Of a DNA stretch of 35,725 bases, positions 8,047-15,435 are shown piece after piece. This stretch comes from a virus. Taxonomy: Duplodnaviria > Caudoviricetes. Positions within the stretch are counted from its first letter, which is position 1, and every line of letters begins with the position of its first letter. Both the position numbers and the translations under genes were made by a program. A model generated the notes under the pieces. It worked only from the letters and a program-made list of their open reading frames with translations. It had not been told where the DNA came from and searched no databases. The stretch is from positions 1 through 35,725 of IMG/VR virus record IMGVR_UViG_3300033987_000045. One strand, given 5' to 3'.

Positions 8047-8770
8047 AAATAGTTGGCGTAGGTGCGAGGAATGCCAGATGGGCAAGCGCGAGGAAAGCCA
8101 GCTGGAGCCTGAGCCACTCCGGACGATATATGACGTCAGCTCCTGCTATTCGGAGGTGCGATATCGGGAGCTTATCGAGAAAAGCGGTCTTATGGGTATT
8201 GAGTTAAACCACCTTTTCGAGAACGCAATCATCGACGAACATAACCGTGAACTTTACACCTACCTGATGGTATGGGAACCATCCGTCGGGGGCGGGATTT
8301 ATATAGCGGCAAAGAAGGACCCAGACAATCCACAGGGCAACGGAACTGGAAAGTCTTATGCCCTCCATGCGCTGACTCACCGGTTATGCCGGATGGGTAT
8401 ACCTTGCCTGTATGGGCGCACGGTGGATTTCTTGATGCAGCTCCGGGCGGCCTACGACGAAGGCAGCCAGGAAAGCGAGAGTAGAGTTTTGATGCGGTAC
8501 ACCCAGGTGCCTGTCCTGTTGTGGGACGACCTGGGCAAGGAAAGTTTCAGGACAGACTGGGGACCGGAAAAGTTTTACTACGTGATTGATTACCGGGTAA
8601 GGGCCAATAAGCCTATTATCATTTCGACCAACTTTGACCTAGCAGAAATCGAGGTTAGGTTTGGGCGCGATAACTTCGGTCCAGCAATAGCCAGCCGTCT
8701 GGCAGGGTTTTGCGAAACATGGACACTGGGCGGGCCTGATAGGCGGCTCGGGAGGAGGTGTGTCAGGTGA
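7823..8770 (+). CDS. DnaC/IstB-like AAA+ helicase loader
   Basis: GGAGGTG RBS; GNGTGKS P-loop; LLWDDLGKE Walker B; IIISTN; IASRL; DRR end. Confidence 0.88.
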   Translation: MHSIGDVLQNLRPLETQSRPRTALRALQGTEEQGVSLDARIAQIQAEIARRQEILEKAPVITKVIKSPQECPWRENSWRRCEECQMGKREESQLEPEPLRTIYDVSSCYSEVRYRELIEKSGLMGIELNHLFENAIIDEHNRELYTYLMVWEPSVGGGIYIAAKKDPDNPQGNGTGKSYALHALTHRLCRMGIPCLYGRTVDFLMQLRAAYDEGSQESESRVLMRYTQVPVLLWDDLGKESFRTDWGPEKFYYVIDYRVRANKPIIISTNFDLAEIEVRFGRDNFGPAIASRLAGFCETWTLGGPDRRLGRRCVR

Positions 8771-9087
8771 TAGCATTGCAGAACGGGTTTGAGGGGCAGC
8801 TGTGGCAGATTATCATTGATGCCTATGGGTATGACGAGGACACTCATTTGTTTCTACGGGAAATACGGCAAGATGGAGTAATCGCCTGGCTTGCCAAGCG
8901 CATTGAGCACATAGAGAGCGACCTGGTTTTCTTGCGGCATTGCAAAGGCTTACCCATCTGGGACGAGACCATCAGAGACGCCACCATAGTGCGCCGTATG
9001 CTGGAGGTCATCACTACCGGCCAAGACAGAGGTCTTTACTTGGGCCCTGGCGACGACCGCCTACGGGCGGGTGCAGCAGATGCTTAG
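8767..9087 (+). CDS. Hypothetical phage protein
   Basis: GTGA overlap with the loader stop; GGAGG upstream. Confidence 0.65.
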   Translation: MIALQNGFEGQLWQIIIDAYGYDEDTHLFLREIRQDGVIAWLAKRIEHIESDLVFLRHCKGLPIWDETIRDATIVRRMLEVITTGQDRGLYLGPGDDRLRAGAADA

Positions 9088-9268
9088 GTTTCCTTGTGGG
9101 TTTAAGATAACCGGACGGCTTGGCATAAGCGAAAAACCGCCAGGCATTGCCCAGAGAGGTAACCCAAAGGGCGATGAGTGCAACCGGTGCCCAATGGGTA
9201 TGCACTTGAGGGATGATTGGACGATTTGCAATGCAGAGATTTTGCCGGAGGGAGGGGATGAAGAATGA
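9080..9268 (+). CDS. Small Cys-containing hypothetical protein
   Basis: Fills the gap with overlapping start and stop; CNRC motif. Confidence 0.55.
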   Translation: MLRFPCGFKITGRLGISEKPPGIAQRGNPKGDECNRCPMGMHLRDDWTICNAEILPEGGDEE

Positions 9269-9687
9269 CCACGGTTTATTTGGCTGGCGCTATTGATGGT
9301 CAGCCAGCTGATCAAGTGACTTGCTGGCGACGGAAAGCAGCCCTGGTCCTTAAAGAGAACGGATTTTCGGTGATTGACCCAACAGAAGGCAAAGACCTGA
9401 CTGCCTTCTACGACCCGCGTGACATCGTTGAGACTGATCTGGCAAATGTGGACCGGGCTGACATCATCCTATTGGAGATGAATACCAAAGGCCACGCTTA
9501 CATAGGGACAGCCATTGAAATGAGGCGGGCCTGGGAGCAAGGAAAGCCTGTTATATGCTGGGGGACGGCCAACCGGGAGAGCTATTTTCTGCGGTATCAT
9601 GCCACGGCAATGCTGGATACCCTTGATGAAGCCATTGGGGTGATTGTGAATGGCAACTATCCGCGAGATACTGGAAGCCAGGAATGA
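9265..9687 (+). CDS. Nucleoside 2-deoxyribosyltransferase-like (NDT/Rcl fold) protein
   Basis: VYLAGAI..WR..VIDP..DLANVDRADIIL..GTAIEM..GKPVI pattern. Confidence 0.8.
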   Translation: MTTVYLAGAIDGQPADQVTCWRRKAALVLKENGFSVIDPTEGKDLTAFYDPRDIVETDLANVDRADIILLEMNTKGHAYIGTAIEMRRAWEQGKPVICWGTANRESYFLRYHATAMLDTLDEAIGVIVNGNYPRDTGSQE

Positions 9688-10066
9688 GATAGCTCTTGAA
9701 GGGCCATCGAACCTTGAGCAACTGGAAAAAATCATAACCCGAAAACGGAGCGAGAAGAAAGACAGGCCACCAAAGCAAAAGAGGACCAGACAGGATGTTC
9801 GTAAGGATTATATGAGCCGAACCGAGCGGGAGGAATTCATGATATTGGCGGCTATGGCCGGCAAACTTGAGGAGGTCATTGATAACTGGGAGAAACACAA
9901 CCGGCCACGTGAGAGGATTAAATGGGCCAGGACCTCTTTGACTTTCCTTTACAAGGCCATGGATGACTGTGTGATAGGAATTCCGCTTGAGACCATCGCC
10001 CAGATTGTGCGCGAGGTGGGCCTGTGCACTATTGGGGTTATCGAGTATGAACCCAGGAGGCGGTGA
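9650..10066 (+). CDS. Hypothetical phage protein
   Basis: 138-aa ORF tiled between neighbours. Confidence 0.65.
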   Translation: MATIREILEARNEIALEGPSNLEQLEKIITRKRSEKKDRPPKQKRTRQDVRKDYMSRTEREEFMILAAMAGKLEEVIDNWEKHNRPRERIKWARTSLTFLYKAMDDCVIGIPLETIAQIVREVGLCTIGVIEYEPRRR

Positions 10067-10341
10067 TAATGGCAGCACAACACAAGCGACCTGGAAGCAA
10101 GGCCAAAGAGGAACGTAAACGGCGAGCAGCAGAACGGGAAGCCAGAAAGAACTTAAAAATCATAGTGGGCTATCCCAAGAGAGGCCAGGCAAGAGACGAT
10201 TTCAACATTGGCCGCCTGGTGGTATGGGCGGAGGTGGTGAATGTTGACCAGGAGAAGAAAGAAAAGAGAGCCATCCCCGCTGCCGCCAATGCCTACGTCG
10301 GCAGAAAAGGACGCGCGAGAGCAGCGCAAGGCTTTAAGTGA
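10063..10341 (+). CDS. Basic hypothetical protein
   Basis: GTGA overlap; AGGAGG RBS; start may be ATG 10069. Confidence 0.6.
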   Translation: MIMAAQHKRPGSKAKEERKRRAAEREARKNLKIIVGYPKRGQARDDFNIGRLVVWAEVVNVDQEKKEKRAIPAAANAYVGRKGRARAAQGFK

Positions 10342-10342
10342 T

Positions 10343-10477
10343 ATGGAGTGGCAATTCAAGCCGCCAATTTTAAGCGTGGATATCAAAACAGGAAAGGTCA
10401 CCTGGTACCGCCCACTGTTCAAGGAGACAAGGCAGTGCCTTGATGTACAGAAAGGAGGAGCCGTAGATGGCAACTGA
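10343..10477 (+). CDS. Small hypothetical protein (44 aa)
   Basis: MEWQFKPPILSVDIKTGKVTWYRP... fills the gap exactly; weak RBS. Confidence 0.4.
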   Translation: MEWQFKPPILSVDIKTGKVTWYRPLFKETRQCLDVQKGGAVDGN

Positions 10478-10955
10478 ATACTTCGACGCCCCGGAGGTTG
10501 AGGAAATAGCCAGAAAGCTGATTAACACAATCCACAGCCATCTGGCAGAGGCTAAGATTAAATACCTGTTCAGGACCGGCGAATGGTCAACCCAGAAACG
10601 GGAAACATGGGGCAAGGCCCAAAGGATAACCGGCCAACAGGCATTTTTAACCAGGCTGGATTTCGTGATAACGATTCACCGGGATGTTTGGAACCAACTG
10701 ACTAACGAGGAGCGCATTGCTCTATTGGACCATGAACTCTCCCACTGCTGCCGCGGTGATGATGATTCTAACGGGAACCCAACCTGGTATATCCAGGGCC
10801 ACGATGTTGAGGACTTTATCGGGGTAATTCGGCGGCATGGTTTATGGAGGCCTGCGCTCAAGAAACTGCATAAGGCCGTGCAGGAGCATGAGCAACTGAC
10901 GTTATTCGAGCGGGCAGATTTCTTGCCAACGGGCACGGAAGGATTTATGCAGTGA
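10467..10955 (+). CDS. Putative phage metallopeptidase
   Basis: AAAGGAGG RBS; ALLDHELSHC (HExxH) and HDVEDFIGVIRRHG motifs. Confidence 0.8.
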   Translation: MATEYFDAPEVEEIARKLINTIHSHLAEAKIKYLFRTGEWSTQKRETWGKAQRITGQQAFLTRLDFVITIHRDVWNQLTNEERIALLDHELSHCCRGDDDSNGNPTWYIQGHDVEDFIGVIRRHGLWRPALKKLHKAVQEHEQLTLFERADFLPTGTEGFMQ

Positions 10956-11353
10956 TGAGTATGAAATGGGACGCACGGGTGGAGTCCACTTCTCCGCCTT
11001 CCATCTGGATCTGCATACCGACATTGCCGCCGAGTTTGAATGAGTGGTCGCGGAAGCACTGGAGGGTCCGACACCGGGCAGTTGAAGAGATGACAAATAA
11101 TCTGCGGTTGTTGGCTTTAGCGGTCAACATGCCAAAAATTGAGCGGGCCGAGGTCCGCTTGGTCTATTACTTTAGGGACCGTAGGCGTCGGGACCCAGAT
11201 AATTATGCAGGAAAGTTTATTTTAGATGGCCTACGGAAGGCTGGAATTATTTCGGACGATAATGCCGGGGTCCTTCGCCTACCACAACCAGAATTCATGG
11301 TGGATAGGCAGGCACCAAGGACAGAGGTTTGGATTACTGAGTGGAAGGAGTGA
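10952..11353 (+). CDS. rusA: RusA-like Holliday junction resolvase
   Basis: LPPSLN, RRRDPDN..K.ILDGL..AGIISDDN, PRTEVWI motifs. Confidence 0.82.
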   Translation: MMSMKWDARVESTSPPSIWICIPTLPPSLNEWSRKHWRVRHRAVEEMTNNLRLLALAVNMPKIERAEVRLVYYFRDRRRRDPDNYAGKFILDGLRKAGIISDDNAGVLRLPQPEFMVDRQAPRTEVWITEWKE

Positions 11354-11357
11354 AGCC

Positions 11358-11540
11358 ATGCGGGTAAGTGAACAAATTGTCGCAGAGGCCAAGTCCAGGC
11401 CAGAGAGAATGGACGGCGTCACCCATGGTAAGGTCACATTCGTGATACAGGACGGGAAACTGGTCCGGGTTGATGTCCAGGATGGATGGGTGACAACCAG
11501 AAAGGAAAAAAGCAACAACAGCCAAATAACGCATGGCTGA
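11358..11540 (+). CDS. DUF2292/YezD-like small protein (60 aa)
   Basis: AAGGAG RBS; HGKVTFVIQDGKLVRVD fits the G.V...IQDG.V..I pattern. Confidence 0.7.
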   Translation: MRVSEQIVAEAKSRPERMDGVTHGKVTFVIQDGKLVRVDVQDGWVTTRKEKSNNSQITHG

Positions 11541-11553
11541 CCCGTATATCGGG

Positions 11554-11597
11554 AGGCCGATGCTGCTGGTAGTGTGCCAGTGGTGTCGGCCTTTTTT
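11554..11597 (+). terminator. Rho-independent terminator upstream of the late activator gene
   Basis: AGGCCGA-TGCTGCTGG-TAGTGTG-CCAGTGGTG-TCGGCCT long stem (several G-U pairs) running into T6. Confidence 0.85.
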
Positions 11598-11621
11598 AGT
11601 TGATTTCGAGGGGGTGAAAAC

Positions 11622-12185
11622 GTGCACGAGGGCTTACGTGACCTGCTGGATGAATATTGCGAGTCACTGGCCAGGGTGCGAAAGCTTATTCGACGGGCTA
11701 AAGCAAATGGCTGGGAAGCAGACTTAAAAACACTTTATGGGATGGAGAAAGACCTGGAGTGGACTATCGAATACATGGTGACCGGGTATCCACCGCTGCA
11801 AAGCACCGGACCTTATCGGCGTGCTGTCCCTGTTGACCCCCAGAAAGTGTTGGTCTGGTTTTCATCACCACCCCCATCCCCGTTGCTACCTGTTGAGCAG
11901 GTGCGACGGAAAATCCTCGCTGCACTAGACATATTAAGCCCCCAGGAAAAGGAGGCATATCTGATGGTAGTTGGCGAGGGCCTTTCATATAAAGAGGCTG
12001 CGGAAATCATGGGCGTGAAGCGTGCGACGGTTCAAAGCTATGTAGAACGGGCAAAAGTCAAAATATCTAAACGCTGTGCCATACAGCAGAAACATAAAGG
12101 TGAGAGGGAAATTGCTGCTGCCTCTACAACCCGAGAGGAGGTGTTCAGGGATGGAAATCAAGAGGATACCGGTAGAGCAAATTAA
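11622..12185 (+). CDS. Xpf-like sigma-70 region 4 late transcription activator
   Basis: DLLDEY..DLEWTIEYMVTGYPP..VDP N-terminus resembles PBSX Xpf; C-terminal HTH LSPQEKEAY..GLSYKEAAEIMGVKRATVQSYVERAK; directly precedes the late genes. Confidence 0.82.
   Translation: MHEGLRDLLDEYCESLARVRKLIRRAKANGWEADLKTLYGMEKDLEWTIEYMVTGYPPLQSTGPYRRAVPVDPQKVLVWFSSPPPSPLLPVEQVRRKILAALDILSPQEKEAYLMVVGEGLSYKEAAEIMGVKRATVQSYVERAKVKISKRCAIQQKHKGEREIAAASTTREEVFRDGNQEDTGRAN
12077..12103 (+). promoter_or_regulatory. Candidate Xpf-dependent late promoter
   Basis: TGCCATAC-N7-ACATAAAGGTGA at the 3' end of the activator gene, about 50 nt before the first late gene; resembles the motif recalled just after PBSX xpf (from memory, not verified). 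Confidence 0.45.
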
Positions 12186-13500
12186 CCCAGCTCCCTATAA
12201 CCCTAGAAAAGACCTGAAACCGGGAGAGCCGGAATATGAGAAACTGCGCCGGTCCATCCAGGAGTTCGGTTTTGTAGAACCACTTGTCTGGAATAAGCGC
12301 ACAGGGAACCTTGTTGGAGGCCACCAACGCCTTAAAGTTTTAATAGAACAAGGCGTGCGAGAAGTTGAAGTGTCCGTCGTAGATTTGGACGACCAACGTG
12401 AACGCGCCCTCAATATTGCCCTGAACAAAATCTCGGGCGATTGGGATAACGAGAAATTGAAGGACCTTCTGGAGGAATTAGATACTGGGGATTTTGATAT
12501 CGAGCTTACCGGTTTTACCGAGGCTGAAATTGAGGACCTGATGATCCAGTTTCACGTTGAGAAGAAAGCCGACCCAGATGAATTTGACGCTGACGCAGCG
12601 GCCGAGGCAATAGCGGAACCGGTAACTAAAAAAGGTGTGATATATGCCCTGGGCCGGCATCGGTTAATGTGCGGTGACGCCACCTCCTTCGAGGACGTTA
12701 AAAAACTCATGGGGGGGGGCGTTGCGGATATGGTATTCACTGACCCTCTCTATAACGTGGCTTATAAAGACAGCAAAGGCAAAAGCATCAAGAATGACAG
12801 CTTATCTCCGGAGCAATTCAGGGAGCTGCTGGAGCGAGCCTTTGCCAATTATGCACTCGTTACCAGCGACCGGGCCGCCTTCTACGTCTGCTATGCATCC
12901 AGGGAGCATATTGCCTTTGAGCAGGCCATGAACAAGGCGGGTTTGGAGGTCAGAGCGCAGATTATTTGGGTTAAAACAGTAGCATCATTTGGGTTCGCAA
13001 ATTACAAGTGGCGCCATGAGCCAATTTTATACGCGGGCAAGGCTGGGAAGCCTATCAACTTTTACGGCAACCGCCGCCAGACCACGGTTTGGAATGAGAA
13101 CGACCCGTCATTCCAGGTTGAAAAGATCAAAGACGGCATAGTACTCAAGTTCTTTGATGGGGAGAAAACCTATTTTGCCGAGGTGCCGGCGGTCACTAAC
13201 ATTGAGATAGACGACCCAGCTCTAACCACGATTTGGGATTTCAGTCGGGAAGTCAAATATGTTCACCCGACGCAGAAACCAGTTGCACTGGTTGAAAGGG
13301 CAATAAAGAACTCCTCTAAATACGGCCAGGTGGTCGTTGACTTCTTTGGTGGTTCGGGCACCACCCTGATTGCAGCAGAAAAAACAGGCCGGACCTGCTA
13401 CATGATGGAGCTGGACGAGAAATATTGTGACGTCATCGTCCAGCGCTGGGAGGAGTTGACTGGCGAGAAGGCGGTGCTGGTCCATGACCCGGCCGCATGA
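12151..13500 (+). CDS. ParB-like N-terminal domain fused to a beta-class N4/N6 DNA methyltransferase
   Basis: GGAGGTG RBS; YNPRK..GNLVGGHQRL ParB part; HRLMCGD, FTDPLYN (motif IV variant), HPTQKP, DFFGGSGTT (motif I). Confidence 0.9.
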   Translation: MEIKRIPVEQINPAPYNPRKDLKPGEPEYEKLRRSIQEFGFVEPLVWNKRTGNLVGGHQRLKVLIEQGVREVEVSVVDLDDQRERALNIALNKISGDWDNEKLKDLLEELDTGDFDIELTGFTEAEIEDLMIQFHVEKKADPDEFDADAAAEAIAEPVTKKGVIYALGRHRLMCGDATSFEDVKKLMGGGVADMVFTDPLYNVAYKDSKGKSIKNDSLSPEQFRELLERAFANYALVTSDRAAFYVCYASREHIAFEQAMNKAGLEVRAQIIWVKTVASFGFANYKWRHEPILYAGKAGKPINFYGNRRQTTVWNENDPSFQVEKIKDGIVLKFFDGEKTYFAEVPAVTNIEIDDPALTTIWDFSREVKYVHPTQKPVALVERAIKNSSKYGQVVVDFFGGSGTTLIAAEKTGRTCYMMELDEKYCDVIVQRWEELTGEKAVLVHDPAA

Positions 13501-14041
13501 TGTTCACCAGGAGCCGTGGGAACGCCAAAAAGGAGAAAGCCGTCAGGCTTTCCAGGCTTTTGCCATATACCGGGACATGGGGGCCGCCCGAAGTCTACAA
13601 AAAGTCGCCCAACAGTTGTCCAAATCCCTGGCATTGATGAAGCGCTGGAGTGAGAAATGGTCATGGGTAGCTCGGGCGGCGGCCTGGGACGCCGAACTTG
13701 ACCGCAGGGCCCGGGAAGCACAGGAAAAAGCCAGGGCCGAGATGGCAGAACGCCACATCAAAGAGGCTATGTTATTTCAGCAGAAAGTTGTGGAACGGCT
13801 CAAGACATTGGAACCAGACGAGCTTTCCCCTTCCGACCTTGCCAAGTGGTTTGACATTGCCGTCAAGGTGGAGCGCCTGGCCCGGGGCGAACCGACCGAG
13901 AACGTGAAGCAGGAGGTGCAAGGGCAGGTGACACAGCGACATGAGTACGATCTTGCCCAGCGCATCCTCGAGGACCCTGAAGCCAGAGAGATCGCTAGAA
14001 GGCTTTACCGAAAAGGAGTTAATCGCGATATGGGAAGCTGA
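13484..14041 (+). CDS. terS: Probable terminase small subunit
   Basis: PWERQKGES..AF..YRDMG..RSLQKVA..WS..WSWVARAAAWD HTH-like region; immediately upstream of terL. Confidence 0.7.
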   Translation: MTRPHDVHQEPWERQKGESRQAFQAFAIYRDMGAARSLQKVAQQLSKSLALMKRWSEKWSWVARAAAWDAELDRRAREAQEKARAEMAERHIKEAMLFQQKVVERLKTLEPDELSPSDLAKWFDIAVKVERLARGEPTENVKQEVQGQVTQRHEYDLAQRILEDPEAREIARRLYRKGVNRDMGS

Positions 14042-15416
14042 CGCCAGAGATAGTCTCTCGTTTTTCCTGGAGTATGAGAGCGCTGGCGAATGGAAGCCGG
14101 CGAACCATCTAAACCTTTTGTGCGAGAAATTGGAGGCCATCGAGCGCGGCGAAATCAAACGCCTTATTGTGGAGATGCCGCCTCGCCATGGTAAATCAGA
14201 GGTGGTCTCCAAAAAGTTCCCCGCATGGTTTCTTGGAAGAAACCCTGACAAAGAGGTTATCCTGACTTCTTATGGCGCCGATTTGACATTTGATTTTAGC
14301 CGCATCGCCCGGGATACCTTTGAGCGGATGGGGCCTGTTTTGTGGGGGCTAGAGCTCTCTCCTCGCAGTTCAGCCGTTGGTCGTTGGGAAATTAAAGGAC
14401 ATCGCGGAGGATTGACTGCAGCAGGTATTGGTGGCCCCATTACTGGACGCGGTGCCCATGTGGCGATTATTGATGACCCGATTAAAAACTGGGAGGAAGC
14501 TAATTCCAAGACCTACAGGGAAGCAGTGTGGAACTGGTATCGCACTGTGTTGCGGACACGGTTGGCACCCCAGGGCGCGATCATCCTGGTTTTGACTAGG
14601 TGGCACGAGGATGACCTGGCCGGAAGATTATTGAAAGAAGCCAAAAATGGCGGTGAGCAGTGGGAGGTTCTACGCCTGCCTGCTGTAGCAGAAGAAAACG
14701 ACCCACTTGGCCGCCAGCCAGGGGAACCGCTATGGCCAGAATATGGATTCGACGCTACGTGGGCCAAGGAAACCGAGAAGGCTGTCGGCAGTTTTGTTTG
14801 GGCAGCACTTTACCAGCAGCGGCCAATGCCTGCGGAGGGCGGTCTATTCAAACGGACAAACTTCCGCTACTTCCAGGTTGACGCCGAGTGGTACACCCTT
14901 CACCGCCCCGAAGGAGACAAACGGGTCCCGAAAAATGCCTGCTGGGTGTTTCAAACTTGCGACCCAGCCGGGTCCACCAAGACAACAGCAGACTATTTTG
15001 TCCTGGGCACATGGGCGGTCACACCAGATCGGGAGCTGTTACTCCTGGACATTATTCGAGAGCGGTTGGAGGGCCCAGACCAGCCGCGGCTGTTTAGAGA
15101 GGGTTATCGGCGTTATTCCCCCTCCTTCCAAGGGGTGGAGACAAAGAACATGGGCCTCACCCTGTATCAGATGCTACTTCGAGAAGGCCTCCCAATCCGG
15201 GAACTGAAAGCTGACAGCGACAAGGTGACCAGGGCATTGCCGGCTGCAGCCAGGATGGAAGCAGGAATGATTTACTTCCTGGACGGTGCGCCATGGCTGG
15301 GTGATTATGAGAGCGAGTTGCTCGCCTTCCCGAATGGTGAGCACGATGACCAGGTTGACGTAACGGCCTATGCCGCTCAACAGGTGGCGGCCGGGCCACA
15401 ATATGAGATTTTCTAA
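13941..15416 (+). CDS. terL: Terminase large subunit
   Basis: MPPRHGKSE Walker A, AIIDDP Walker B, TRWHEDDL, YQQRP, CDPA and HDDQVD nuclease motifs; start uncertain. Confidence 0.95.
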   Translation: MSTILPSASSRTLKPERSLEGFTEKELIAIWEADARDSLSFFLEYESAGEWKPANHLNLLCEKLEAIERGEIKRLIVEMPPRHGKSEVVSKKFPAWFLGRNPDKEVILTSYGADLTFDFSRIARDTFERMGPVLWGLELSPRSSAVGRWEIKGHRGGLTAAGIGGPITGRGAHVAIIDDPIKNWEEANSKTYREAVWNWYRTVLRTRLAPQGAIILVLTRWHEDDLAGRLLKEAKNGGEQWEVLRLPAVAEENDPLGRQPGEPLWPEYGFDATWAKETEKAVGSFVWAALYQQRPMPAEGGLFKRTNFRYFQVDAEWYTLHRPEGDKRVPKNACWVFQTCDPAGSTKTTADYFVLGTWAVTPDRELLLLDIIRERLEGPDQPRLFREGYRRYSPSFQGVETKNMGLTLYQMLLREGLPIRELKADSDKVTRALPAAARMEAGMIYFLDGAPWLGDYESELLAFPNGEHDDQVDVTAYAAQQVAAGPQYEIF

Positions 15417-15435
15417 AGCGGGTGTTGCCGATGGG

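Noticed and set aside
11533-11727. 64-aa ORF across the terminator
   Set aside because: No RBS; it spans a structured terminator and overlaps the activator gene out of frame.
13941-14041. terS/terL 101-nt overlap as a programmed frameshift fusion
   Set aside because: No canonical slippery heptamer seen; a simple overlap or an alternative start explains it.
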